Assembly (NCBI GenBank): GCA_964408825.1
Contig: CAYPAU010000001.1
Coordinates: forward strand, 76,789-140,788
Length of the DNA: 64,000 nt
Direction: 5' to 3'
Source of the DNA: an uncultured Gammaproteobacteria bacterium
GTDB lineage: Bacteria > Patescibacteriota > Microgenomatia > Levybacterales > UBA12049
The notes below the pieces were generated by a model. That model was not told the DNA's origin, searched no databases, and was given only the letters and a program-made list of their open reading frames with translations. Shown piece by piece: positions 37,033 to 46,132 of the stretch. The position numbers and the translations under genes were made by a program. The number at the start of each line of letters is the position of its first letter. Within the stretch, counting starts at the first letter, position 1.

Positions 37033-37075
37033 ACAAGTATACAAGTATTGTATATATTTTGTATTTACTTGTCAA
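37033..37075 (-). promoter_or_regulatory. Promoter/operator of the RHH-PIN operon: TTGACA-17-TACAAT (minus strand) overlapping ACAAGTAT tandem repeats and an inverted ACAAGTAAATAC copy
   Basis: Plus strand: ACAAGTATACAAGTATTGTATATATTTTGTATTTACTTGTCAA. Reverse complement: TTGACAagtaaatacaaaatataTACAAT. Confidence 0.5.
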
Positions 37076-37099
37076 TAGTTATTGTTTTAGTATATTAGT

Positions 37100-38146
37100 T
37101 TATTGCATTCCGAGGTAAGAGAGGCGGTTGTATTTAGCGACTCTTTCTCCTCTGTCCATTCCTCCGAATTTTACGAAGTCCGCATCAACCCACAGCGCAA
37201 AATCTACGATCCAGTCATCTATGGTTTCCTCTCCTCTATGGGACACAATAATTTTAAGTTTGGCTTTTTTGGCAATTCTAACTGCTTCAAGGGTTCCCGA
37301 GATAGTTCCGTTTTGATTGGGTTTTATTACTGCCGCATTTATCGCTTTAAAATCTATGGCTTTTTGAAGCCTTTTTGGATTTGTAGCTGTTAAATCATCC
37401 CCAACTATCATTATTTTTTCGGAAAACCTTGAGCAGAAAGAAATCCACTCCTCCCAATCTTCATCGGGAAAAGGGTCCTCTATGGATTTTATATTATAAT
37501 TTGAGACAAGCATGTCGAAATTTACCACTTGTCCTTCCCCAAAATTTGCTGCAGCATCCACGGCAATTTCTTTTTTGGGAAAAACTTTTTTGATAGTATC
37601 AAGTGCGATAATATTATCAAAACCTACGGGAGAAAATCCTCCTTCTGCCCCTACGGTACTTTGCAAATTGTTTTTTTCAAGATAGGCTCTTAACATTTTA
37701 AAGTCTAAAATGGCCTCTCTTAAAGAATCCTCAATTATCATAAATTCTTGCATAGAGATATTGGGATTTCCGTGTTTACCTCCTTCAAAAAGAAGAAGCA
37801 TGAGTCGCGGGAATTTTAAATTTTGATGTTTAGAAACTTTGGATTGAGCTTTCCAAAATGCTCCCGAGAGAGCAAGCGAAGCATTTCCTCCTAAGCCCAA
37901 CTCATCGAGCCTTTTGTCAAGTTCTTCCTGTGTCCATCTTTTATTTAATATAATATTTTTTATTTTTCTGATTTGAGATATTGCTTCGTCTGCGGTTACA
38001 ATTCTTGCTTCATATTTTCCCGTAGAGATTCCGGCCGGTACGATAAGTTCTTCGGAGGTTCCATTTTCAAGTTCGATTTTAACTTTTATTGTCTCATTGC
38101 CAAGCGATGCTAAGGTTTTGCCTTCTGTTAAGTTTTTGATCCTCAT
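37100..38146 (-). CDS. eno: Enolase (short form, 348 aa)
   Basis: C-terminal IVGDDLTATNPKRL...IKPNQNGTISGTLEAV...SHRGEETIDDWIVDFALW matches enolase catalytic-domain motifs. Confidence 0.75.
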   Translation of the reverse strand: MRIKNLTEGKTLASLGNETIKVKIELENGTSEELIVPAGISTGKYEARIVTADEAISQIRKIKNIILNKRWTQEELDKRLDELGLGGNASLALSGAFWKAQSKVSKHQNLKFPRLMLLLFEGGKHGNPNISMQEFMIIEDSLREAILDFKMLRAYLEKNNLQSTVGAEGGFSPVGFDNIIALDTIKKVFPKKEIAVDAAANFGEGQVVNFDMLVSNYNIKSIEDPFPDEDWEEWISFCSRFSEKIMIVGDDLTATNPKRLQKAIDFKAINAAVIKPNQNGTISGTLEAVRIAKKAKLKIIVSHRGEETIDDWIVDFALWVDADFVKFGGMDRGERVAKYNRLSYLGMQ

Positions 38147-39138
38147 TCTACTATGTTTATTGGCTTCTGGTTAATAAATGCGTTTATATTTTCTACTGTT
38201 GTATCTAAAATTCTGTCGAGTGCCTCTTTGGAATTAAAGGCATTATGGGGAGTTATTAAAACTTTGGGATGGTTAAGCAAGATATGATTACCTATTAAAG
38301 TTTCATAATCTACTTCTTTTTTAAATCCGCGGGTTAATATTTCTGCTTCTTCCGCAAGCTCTCTTTCCTCTTCAAGTACATCAAGGGCCACCCCCTCAAG
38401 TATTCCTTGCTCAAGTCCTATTATTAAAGCCTCTGTATCAATCAGTCCTCCTCTTGCGGTATTAATTAGGTAGGACCCCTTTTTAAATTTGAGAATATTT
38501 TCAGTATTTATTAAATGTTTTGTTTGGGGAGTTAAGGGAAGGTGAAGCGTTATTACATCCGAATTCGCAAGAAGATTATCAAGTTCTGCATATTCAAAAC
38601 CCACCTTTTCTTTAATTTGAGGATCTTTGCTTCTGGTAGAAACCAAAATCTTCATTCCAAATCCCTTTGCAATTTCTGCCACATTGATACCAATTTTTCC
38701 AAGCCCAATTATTCCTATTGTTTTTCCAAAGAGGTCTGTCCCTCTCAATTTACTGTGTTCAAAATTAAGAATTTTTGATTGGTTTATTGATTGGTATATT
38801 TTTCTGGTTAAGTTAAGGATTAGTCCAAATGTATATTCCGCAACGGTTCTTGAACCATATTCAGGAATATTTGATATTTTTATCCCGGAAGTTCTGCAGT
38901 AGGGTTGATCAATGTTATCAAACCCTGTCGCCCTTATGGAAATGAATTTAAGGTTTGGAAGTTTTTTAAGAGTTTTCTCATTTAGGGTAGAGTTTATAAA
39001 AGTTGAAACTATTTCGGAGTCTTTGAAAAGATCTGCGTTTTCTTCTGTAAGTTCATCCTCGTTAGAACCTGCATCCGGAAACTTATTTAAGAGACTTGTC
39101 TTCTCCCACTCTTGAACTTCAAAAAAAGAAATTTTCAT
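38143..39138 (-). CDS. D-isomer-specific 2-hydroxyacid dehydrogenase (D-LDH/PGDH family)
   Basis: NAD-binding GIIGLGKIG and catalytic region LHLPLTPQTKHLIN...INTARGGLID. Confidence 0.75.
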   Translation of the reverse strand: MKISFFEVQEWEKTSLLNKFPDAGSNEDELTEENADLFKDSEIVSTFINSTLNEKTLKKLPNLKFISIRATGFDNIDQPYCRTSGIKISNIPEYGSRTVAEYTFGLILNLTRKIYQSINQSKILNFEHSKLRGTDLFGKTIGIIGLGKIGINVAEIAKGFGMKILVSTRSKDPQIKEKVGFEYAELDNLLANSDVITLHLPLTPQTKHLINTENILKFKKGSYLINTARGGLIDTEALIIGLEQGILEGVALDVLEEERELAEEAEILTRGFKKEVDYETLIGNHILLNHPKVLITPHNAFNSKEALDRILDTTVENINAFINQKPINIVE

Positions 39139-39145
39139 TAAGATA

Positions 39146-40267
39146 CTAAAGAGATAACCTTATTATTTTATCATCATTCTTCTTGGGAATGCCACGACCA
39201 TCAGTATTACTTGTCAAAATATAAAGAGCTCCGTCGGGTCCTTCGACTACCTCTCTTATTCTTCCGTAATTTCCTTCAAAAAACTTACTTAATGAACCTG
39301 AACTTGGATCGTATTTGAACAAAGAAACACCCCTAAGTCCTGCAAAATAAAAAGCGTTTTTATGGAAGGTGAGGCCTGAGGGCGCCCAGGTCTCGGAACC
39401 GCTGTTTATTACAGGAGAGAATATACCGCTTTTGGTTTGGTCGCCCGTAACATTGGGCCAGCCGTAGTTTCCTCCCTTTTCTATTTTATTAAGTTCATCT
39501 TTTGCAGATGCTCCATGTTCTGTTGCCCAAAGATTGCCTTGATCATCCCAAGAGAGTCCCTGTACATTTCGGTGTCCGTATGAATAAACCTCATTATTAA
39601 AAGGATTCCCCGGAGCAGGTTTGCCTTGGTCCGTTACTCTGAGAATTTTTCCGGCCAGTGAATTTTTATTTTGTGAAAGAGAAGGGTTTTGGGCATCTCC
39701 GGTTCCTATGTAAAGAAATCCGTCCGGCTCGCCTCGCTGAGTCGAAGCGGGTCCAAATTTTATTCTCCCGCCGTTATGATTAATATTCCCCGGGATATTG
39801 TCCACGATTATTTTTTCATCCTGAAAAGAGTTATTCTCAAAAACAAATCTCGAAACTCTGTTTAGGGTGCTGCCATTATTATTTTCAAAAGTATAATAAA
39901 GGTAAATATATTTGTTTTGATTAAAATCAGGATGAATCGCAACTCCCATAAGTCCGCCTTCGCCTTGCGCTTTAACATTTGTAAGATCTGCAATTTGCTG
40001 GGGGTTTTCCTTAAATTCCTTATCGGTCAAAAGAACTTGTCCTTCTCTTTGAGTCAGAAGGAAATCTCCGTTTGGGAGAAACGCAATCGCCCATGGGATT
40101 CTCAGATTTTTAGCAACAATGTCTTCTTTACCATAATTTTTTTCTTGTTTAACGTTGTCCTGAGGTTTAAATATCTTGGGCATGCCTAGTTTTGAATTGT
40201 TGATCAGAAGAAGATATGCGGAGGTTCCAAGGATTAAGGTTATAAAAAACAACTTAATTTTTTTCAC
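39146..40267 (-). CDS. PQQ-dependent sugar dehydrogenase-like beta-propeller (soluble aldose/sorbosone dehydrogenase family)
   Basis: PWAIAFLPNGDFLLTQREGQV, NHNGGRIKFGP...FLYIGTGD, and a signal/transmembrane N-terminus. Confidence 0.65.
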   Translation of the reverse strand: MKKIKLFFITLILGTSAYLLLINNSKLGMPKIFKPQDNVKQEKNYGKEDIVAKNLRIPWAIAFLPNGDFLLTQREGQVLLTDKEFKENPQQIADLTNVKAQGEGGLMGVAIHPDFNQNKYIYLYYTFENNNGSTLNRVSRFVFENNSFQDEKIIVDNIPGNINHNGGRIKFGPASTQRGEPDGFLYIGTGDAQNPSLSQNKNSLAGKILRVTDQGKPAPGNPFNNEVYSYGHRNVQGLSWDDQGNLWATEHGASAKDELNKIEKGGNYGWPNVTGDQTKSGIFSPVINSGSETWAPSGLTFHKNAFYFAGLRGVSLFKYDPSSGSLSKFFEGNYGRIREVVEGPDGALYILTSNTDGRGIPKKNDDKIIRLSL

Positions 40268-40353
40268 ATTTTTTATTATATTCTTAATTTCTTAAGTTTG
40301 CACACATAATTCTTGATCTCCCTAAAGCTATCTGTTATTATTTAATTTAATTA

Positions 40354-40380
40354 GTTAACCCTCCGGGGTTGACTTTTTTT
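40354..40380 (+). terminator. Terminator-like hairpin (8-bp stem GTTAACCC/GGGTTGAC, tetraloop) plus T7 run, 8 nt before the next start codon
   Basis: gttaaccc-tccg-gggttgac-ttttttt, read directly. Confidence 0.5.
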
Positions 40381-40387
40381 GAACAAA

Positions 40388-41890
40388 ATGTATAAAATTA
40401 TATCAGACAAAGCAAACATGGTGTCCCTTGAGACTGTAGATGGGCGCATCGACCTACCGGAGAGGACCAAACTGGTTCCCCTAGATTTCCTTGAACAAAT
40501 TTCACATCAAATAAATCCACAAATTAGAGCAGACGGTATAAGAGCATCTTCTTCAACCGACAGATTTGGCCCAGCATCCGAATCAAACTCAAACGGGAGG
40601 CGTGGCTTAAGGCTCTTTGTAAGAGACGGACTGCAGGTTATTGAGGATAAAATACATGCTGATAGTCTTTTTCAAAACGGACTCTTCAAGCTTCCAATAG
40701 AAGAAGCCTTTTTTAGCTTATTAAAATATGTAGGAACAGAGGATGTACCCGAACGGGGAATTTATAGAGGCAAACAGGTACATGAGATTGGATATGTTGC
40801 GGATGGATTTCCAAGGCATTGGGTTTCTGATCCAAATGAGCTTGGAGTAAATCCTGACTCAAGAGATGCAACTCCTCACACTCTAATTGTCATGGACAAG
40901 ATGCTTAAAATACTTCCCGATAGACCTGATTTATTCGAAAGATTTTTATCATACGCAGTACCAATGCTTGAATGGGATTTGAAAGACTCAGAAGAGCATG
41001 GAGGATTTCCGACATACACCGGTGCCGAATTTGATAAGGAGAGGAAAACCGAAGGCCTTACTAACCACAGATGGACAGACTGCGGCTATTTTGTAACAAA
41101 TGAAAATGGGACAATTCCCAAACACCCAATAGCTGCGGTAGAAATTGCTGCGATGACATGGGCCGCAAGGCTCAGATGGGCAGATAGGCTTGAGGGCAGG
41201 GAAGGATTTGAAGAATTAAGTCGAAAATTAAGAATATCGGCCGGAGAACTTCAGGGAAAATTTATGGAACATTTTGTTTTTGAAGATGAGGGAGGACCGT
41301 TTCTTGCAGATGCACTTGACGGAGACTTAAAGCCGGTAAAATCTGTTACCTGTAATCCAATAATCGCATTGTCCTACGATTATGAAGGGAACCAAATTGT
41401 TCAAGATGAAGATTTGGTAAGAGAAATAATAGAAAGAACGTTTACCTTCTTTGATCCACGTGGCGGAATTTTGACGGTAGATCCGAAATCTTATACGCAT
41501 CCTAAGAATATATACCAGGGGAAAGAAGCTTTATGGATTAAGGTTCAGTCAAATGCCATGAGAGCACTTCTTATAGCATCCAAAAGATTAAGAAAGTTAA
41601 ATCCAACACTTTCAGGACAATATGAGAAGATGGCAATAACACTAGCCCAGGCATCTCTTAAGCCACCTCATCATTTTGCTTCCCCAATTGAAGTTGTTCT
41701 TCTTCTCCCCTCAGGAGGTTATAGGCGGTATGAAGAATACGATGAGGATGGGAAAAAGATTGGAGAAGCCTGCCGAGTTCAGTCATGGACAGGGAGTGCC
41801 ATGGAATATGCAATTTCATTCCTTAGGTCAAGGGGAATAAGTAATGTAGACATTTCCATACCAAACCCAAGTCTCTCTCAGGTTGTCTGA
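40388..41890 (+). CDS. Hypothetical protein (about 500 aa, GC-elevated); possibly an (alpha/alpha)6-barrel glycosidase-like fold
   Basis: Long soluble ORF; the fold guess is a weak impression only. The ORF track starts at TTG 40379; the first ATG is at 40388. Confidence 0.35.
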   Translation: MYKIISDKANMVSLETVDGRIDLPERTKLVPLDFLEQISHQINPQIRADGIRASSSTDRFGPASESNSNGRRGLRLFVRDGLQVIEDKIHADSLFQNGLFKLPIEEAFFSLLKYVGTEDVPERGIYRGKQVHEIGYVADGFPRHWVSDPNELGVNPDSRDATPHTLIVMDKMLKILPDRPDLFERFLSYAVPMLEWDLKDSEEHGGFPTYTGAEFDKERKTEGLTNHRWTDCGYFVTNENGTIPKHPIAAVEIAAMTWAARLRWADRLEGREGFEELSRKLRISAGELQGKFMEHFVFEDEGGPFLADALDGDLKPVKSVTCNPIIALSYDYEGNQIVQDEDLVREIIERTFTFFDPRGGILTVDPKSYTHPKNIYQGKEALWIKVQSNAMRALLIASKRLRKLNPTLSGQYEKMAITLAQASLKPPHHFASPIEVVLLLPSGGYRRYEEYDEDGKKIGEACRVQSWTGSAMEYAISFLRSRGISNVDISIPNPSLSQVV

Positions 41891-42357
41891 GACTGCCTCC
41901 CTTTACCGTTTTGTGAGGGAAGCTTTTCAATAGAGCTTATTTTTTCCTGAATAAAACTCATTGCGCTTTTGATATCATCCAAATCTTTTTGAATGTCTTC
42001 CACATCTTCTTCCAATTCCTCTTTTTCTTTTTCTTCTTCCTGCTGTTCTTTTTCTTCTTCAAGCTCACGATACTCATCAATAAGCGCCTGTCTTTTCTGA
42101 GCTACTAAAATAAAGGTTGCCAAAAAGACAGCCTCCAATGAAAGAAGTATATTGAAAATTTCAATTTGAAAAGGTCTGGTAATGAAAAAAAGCACGAAAG
42201 CAATTACATGAAAATAAACAAAAAACATGCCCCCCGAGAGGTTTGTTATTAATTCTGCCATACGTCCCTCAGTGGATTGAAGCCTTTTTTTTAGTTGTTC
42301 CGGCGTTATCTTCTTGGCTATTCTAAATGGTATCGTAGCTATTGTTTTTCTTGTCAT
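41878..42357 (-). CDS. DUF1003-like membrane protein with an acidic coiled-coil tail
   Basis: Two transmembrane helices (FFVYFHVIAFVLFFITRPFQIEIFNILLSLEAVFLATFILVAQKRQ) then a Glu-rich region. Confidence 0.5.
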   Translation of the reverse strand: MTRKTIATIPFRIAKKITPEQLKKRLQSTEGRMAELITNLSGGMFFVYFHVIAFVLFFITRPFQIEIFNILLSLEAVFLATFILVAQKRQALIDEYRELEEEKEQQEEEKEKEELEEDVEDIQKDLDDIKSAMSFIQEKISSIEKLPSQNGKGRQSQTT

Positions 42358-42410
42358 ATTTAAATTTTAGTCCCGATCGTAAAGCGGTGTCAACCCCGCA
42401 CCGCCTCCTC

Positions 42411-42439
42411 TTGACAACTAGCAAAGTGTATGATAGAGT
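42411..42439 (+). promoter_or_regulatory. Candidate sigma70 promoter for lon (TTGACA-17-TAGAGT)
   Basis: Perfect -35 hexamer. Its position implies the lon start is the second ATG at 42460. Confidence 0.35.
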
Positions 42440-42459
42440 GCCAATACTACGATAAATTT

Positions 42460-44880
42460 ATGGAAAAATTAATCCCGGTAATTCCAATAAGAGACGGGAT
42501 CATCTTTCCAAAGATAGATTCTGTTTTAACTTTTGGAAGGCCCAAGAGCCTTGCCGCACTTGAGAGTTCTTTTCAGGGAGAAAGAGTCGTTTGTTTTGTC
42601 CTTCAAAAAAACCCAAGACTCAATGAGCCTGAATCTCAGGATTTATATGAAATAGGGACCCTTTCCAGAATAGAAAGAATGATAAGATCGGACGGGGAGA
42701 TAAATGCTCAGGTAAAAGGTATTTCAAGAGCAAAAATATTATCTTATGAGCCCCACGAACAATTCTTACTTGCAAAAGTAACTGAGCTTGAAGATGTTCT
42801 TGCGGAAGATCCCCAAATAAAGGCTCTTTGCAATCACATAACCAATCAGTTCAGAAAAGCAATAAACCTTGGAAAATCAGTAGACTTTCTTGCCTTCATG
42901 AATATAATGTCTGATAATTCCCCTTCGGAGCTTGCAGATCTTATAGCTTCTGTATTGGATGTAAAACCACAGGAGCGGCAGGAGCTTTTGGAAATGATAG
43001 ATGTAAAACAGAGACTTGAAAAAGTTTCAGACCTTTTAAGTAAAGAAATAAAAGTCTTGGAACTTGAAAGAAAGCTTGCCTCAAAGACTCAGGAAAGATT
43101 TGAAAAAGGAGCAAAAGAGGCATTGCTTAGGGAAAGACTTAAGACTATCGAAAAAGAACTTGGGCAAAGTGAGGAAGATGGCGAAATAAGAGAGCTTTTG
43201 GACAAAATAAAAGAGGCAGGGATGCCTGAGGACGTTGAGGAAAAGGCAAGGAAAGAGCTTAAGAAACTTGGGCAAATGAATCAATTTAATCCGGAAGCAG
43301 GTTACATCAGAAATTATCTGGATTGGCTTGTAAGTCTTCCATGGAGCAAGGAAAGCAAGAGCGATGTTGATATAAAATCGGCAGAAAAAATTCTAGATGA
43401 GGACCACTATGGACTTAAAAAGATTAAAGAAAGAATTGTTGAGTACTTGGCAGTTCATAAGCTCTCGGGGAAGATGAAAGGTCCGATCCTCTGTTTTGTG
43501 GGACCACCGGGTGTTGGAAAAACATCTATTGGAAAATCCATAGCAAGAGCATTAAATCGCAAATTTGTAAGGGTTTCTTTGGGCGGTATTAGAGACGAAG
43601 CAGAGATTAGGGGACACAGGAGAACCTATGTTGGGGCTCTTCCCGGAAGGATAATTCAAGGTGTTAAGGACGCAGGTACCAGAAATCCTGTCTTTATGCT
43701 CGATGAAATAGATAAGGTAGGGGCAGATTTTAGAGGCGATCCATCCTCGGCACTCTTAGAAGCATTGGATCCCGAGCAAAATAATTCCTTCTCAGACCAT
43801 TATCTTGAAGTACCTTTTGATCTTTCGGACGTAATGTTTGTTACAACCGCAAACGTTTTAGATACAATTCCTCCGGCACTTCGCGACAGACTTGAAATTA
43901 TTAACTTCGCTGGTTACACCCATGATGAGAAGTATAAAATTGCCAAAGAGTTCCTTCTTAAGAAACAAATGGAAAGCCACGGACTTTCCGATAAAACTGT
44001 CGAAGTAAAAGACGATGCCATAAAGTTCGCAATCCAGCATTACACACGAGAAGCAGGAGTAAGAAGTTTGGAGCGACAAATCGCATCGGTTCTGCGGAAA
44101 ATTGCAAAGATTATTGCGGAGGCTATGCCTGCCGCCCGCCTGCCGGGCGGACAGGGCAGGCAGGGCAAAAAGACAAAGATTGCAATTGGGGCAAAAGATA
44201 TACCTAAATACTTGGGTCCAATAAAGCTAAGAGGTACTTTGGTTGAAAAGAAGGATGAAATAGGGATGTCCACTGGTCTTGCTTGGACAGAGGCAGGGGG
44301 AGACATACTATTTATAGAGGTAGCTCTTATGCCGGGCAAGGGGAATTTGATACTTACGGGTCAGCTTGGAGATGTCATGAAGGAATCCTGTCAGGCTGCG
44401 ATGAGCTACATAAGGGCAAGAGCAAAGCTAATGGGACTTCCTGAGAAGTTCTATTCAAAAATTGACGTACATGTTCATGTTCCGGAAGGCGCAGTTCCCA
44501 AAGACGGGCCTTCGGCAGGAATTGCTATAACAACTGCAATTGTTTCTGCACTGACCCGAATACCGGTTAATCGAAAAGTCGGGATGACAGGTGAGGTTAC
44601 GCTTCGGGGAAGAGCGCTTGAAATAGGCGGAGTCAAGGAAAAAGTGATAGCTGCTCACAGAGCGGGTTTAAAGACCATAATAATGCCAAAGGATAATAAG
44701 AAAGACCTCGAAGATGTGCCAAAAGAAGTAATAAAAGACTTAAGTTTTAAGTTTGTCAATCACATGGACGAGGTTTTAAATATTGCTCTTATGAAACCGC
44801 TTCAGAGAATTAAGGCTCATGAGGCAGAGCCGGCACCAAGACCCATGCTCCACGCCACCCCTCCAACTCAGGCAGACTAG
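42460..44880 (+). CDS. lon: ATP-dependent protease Lon
   Basis: LON N-domain, AAA+ Walker [10 protein letters not shown], protease domain [17 protein letters not shown] with catalytic Ser/Lys. The ORF-track start is 42430. Confidence 0.9.
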   Translation: MEKLIPVIPIRDGIIFPKIDSVLTFGRPKSLAALESSFQGERVVCFVLQKNPRLNEPESQDLYEIGTLSRIERMIRSDGEINAQVKGISRAKILSYEPHEQFLLAKVTELEDVLAEDPQIKALCNHITNQFRKAINLGKSVDFLAFMNIMSDNSPSELADLIASVLDVKPQERQELLEMIDVKQRLEKVSDLLSKEIKVLELERKLASKTQERFEKGAKEALLRERLKTIEKELGQSEEDGEIRELLDKIKEAGMPEDVEEKARKELKKLGQMNQFNPEAGYIRNYLDWLVSLPWSKESKSDVDIKSAEKILDEDHYGLKKIKERIVEYLAVHKLSGKMKGPILCFVGPPGVGKTSIGKSIARALNRKFVRVSLGGIRDEAEIRGHRRTYVGALPGRIIQGVKDAGTRNPVFMLDEIDKVGADFRGDPSSALLEALDPEQNNSFSDHYLEVPFDLSDVMFVTTANVLDTIPPALRDRLEIINFAGYTHDEKYKIAKEFLLKKQMESHGLSDKTVEVKDDAIKFAIQHYTREAGVRSLERQIASVLRKIAKIIAEAMPAARLPGGQGRQGKKTKIAIGAKDIPKYLGPIKLRGTLVEKKDEIGMSTGLAWTEAGGDILFIEVALMPGKGNLILTGQLGDVMKESCQAAMSYIRARAKLMGLPEKFYSKIDVHVHVPEGAVPKDGPSAGIAITTAIVSALTRIPVNRKVGMTGEVTLRGRALEIGGVKEKVIAAHRAGLKTIIMPKDNKKDLEDVPKEVIKDLSFKFVNHMDEVLNIALMKPLQRIKAHEAEPAPRPMLHATPPTQAD

Positions 44881-44916
44881 TTTGCGCAGGGATTTTTAAT
44901 CCAATATAATGTTTAG

Positions 44917-45624
44917 ATGGAGTTGCTTCTTCAGGTTTCTGATTTTTTTCTTCATCTCGATAAATACCTCGCAGTTATAATCTCAGCAGTCGGACCTCTT
45001 ACATACGTAGTCTTATTTGCAATAGTTTTCGTTGAAACCGGATTTGTAATCATGCCTTTTCTTCCCGGGGATTCGCTTCTTTTTATATCAGGCGCACTGT
45101 CCGGAACAGGACACTTAAATGTTTTTTTGGTTTACGCTACCCTATTTTTGGCAGCTGTAATAGGGGATACCGTGAACTATTGGGTGGGTCATCACATAGG
45201 GCCGCGGGTTTTCTCAAAAGAAAATTCAAGAATTTTCAAAAAAGAATATCTCGAGAGGACTCGGGAATTTTACGAAAAGCATGGAGGAAAGACCATTATA
45301 CTTGCCCGCTTTATTCCAATAATTCGCTCTTTTGCTCCTTTTGTGGCAGGAGTAGGCAAAATGCATTACAAAACGTTTTTAATGTACAACGTCTCAGGGG
45401 CATTTGTCTGGGTAACTCTATTTGTGCTTGGTGGCTATTTCTTTGGAGGACTTCCGATTATCAAAGAAAACTTTCACTACACTGTATTTATAATCGTGTT
45501 CCTATCCTTCCTTCCAATGGTTATCGAGTATATAAATCACAAACGCAGAAAAAGATTGGCAAGAGAAAAGACCACATATGAGGAAATAGAAAAAACTTTC
45601 GAAAAAGAACACCTCGCCGACTAG
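44917..45624 (+). CDS. DedA/SNARE-associated family membrane protein
   Basis: FVETGFVIMPFLPGDSLLFISGAL and RFIPIIRSFAPFVAG motifs. Confidence 0.8.
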   Translation: MELLLQVSDFFLHLDKYLAVIISAVGPLTYVVLFAIVFVETGFVIMPFLPGDSLLFISGALSGTGHLNVFLVYATLFLAAVIGDTVNYWVGHHIGPRVFSKENSRIFKKEYLERTREFYEKHGGKTIILARFIPIIRSFAPFVAGVGKMHYKTFLMYNVSGAFVWVTLFVLGGYFFGGLPIIKENFHYTVFIIVFLSFLPMVIEYINHKRRKRLAREKTTYEEIEKTFEKEHLAD

Positions 45625-45633
45625 CGTTTGAAA

Positions 45634-45662
45634 TTGTAATTAAACCCAGATTAAGGTAAAAT
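45634..45662 (+). promoter_or_regulatory. Sigma70-like promoter for tRNA-Glu (TTGTAA-17-TAAAAT)
   Basis: Its -10 lies 10 nt upstream of the tRNA 5' end. It shares the GGTAAAATAA context with the tRNA-Gln promoter. Confidence 0.4.
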
Positions 45663-45672
45663 AATGGCAGTT

Positions 45673-45745
45673 GGCCCCATCGTCTAGTGGCCTAGGACGG
45701 CAGGTTCTCATCCTGCAAACCCGGATTCGACTTCCGGTGGGGTCA
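45673..45745 (+). tRNA. tRNA-Glu (anticodon CUC)
   Basis: Hand-folded: acceptor GGCCCCA/TGGGGTC, D-arm TCGTCTAGTGGCCTAGGAC typical of tRNA-Glu, anticodon loop UUCUCAU, T-arm CCGGA-TTCGACT-TCCGG, discriminator A. Confidence 0.8.
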
Positions 45746-46126
45746 CTTCGGCAAGCTCAGTGCAAGCACTTCTATGCTAAAGGCTTCAGAGTGGTTCATC
45801 TATATGCTTCTTTGCGATAATAAAACTTTCTACACGGGGATTACTGATAATTTTATCGAGAGGTTTATAAAACATATAAATAAACAGAATATATCTACAA
45901 AAAAGTTTTTAAAAATTAAATTTGTTTATGCAGAAAAATATCGAGACAAATATCAAGCGGCAAGGAGAGAAAAACAGCTCAAAGGTTGGTCGCATGCAAA
46001 GAAGCAGTTAATGATTGACGGAAAACTTGGAATTAATACTTGTACTGAGTTTGTTGAAGATCTCATTTCGAAGCTGAATCTTTGAGTTTATTCCGAGCCT
46101 GCCGAGGAAACTTCCGGTGGGGTCAC
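45746..46126 (+). mobile_element. About 360-bp GIY-YIG cassette at the tRNA-Glu 3' end. The 17-bp direct repeat ACTTCCGGTGGGGTCAC sits at 45730-45746 and 46110-46126; the 13-bp inverted ends CTTCGGCAAGCTC and GAGCCTGCCGAGG match at 11 of 13 positions.
   Basis: Exact 17-nt duplication of the tRNA 3' end 380 bp downstream; inverted repeats sit immediately inside the duplications. Confidence 0.5.
45774..46085 (+). CDS. GIY-YIG nuclease family protein (YhbQ/UPF0213-like, 103 aa)
   Basis: WFIYMLLCDNKTFYTGITDNFIERFIKH (compare E. coli YhbQ [28 protein letters not shown]) and ARREKQLKGWSHAKKQL. Confidence 0.75.
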   Translation: MLKASEWFIYMLLCDNKTFYTGITDNFIERFIKHINKQNISTKKFLKIKFVYAEKYRDKYQAARREKQLKGWSHAKKQLMIDGKLGINTCTEFVEDLISKLNL

Positions 46127-46132
46127 AAGAGC

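Noticed and set aside
37033-37075. CRISPR-like or tandem repeat array
   Set aside because: Only two 8-nt tandem units plus one inverted copy within a promoter; far too short and without spacers. Interpreted as operator repeats.
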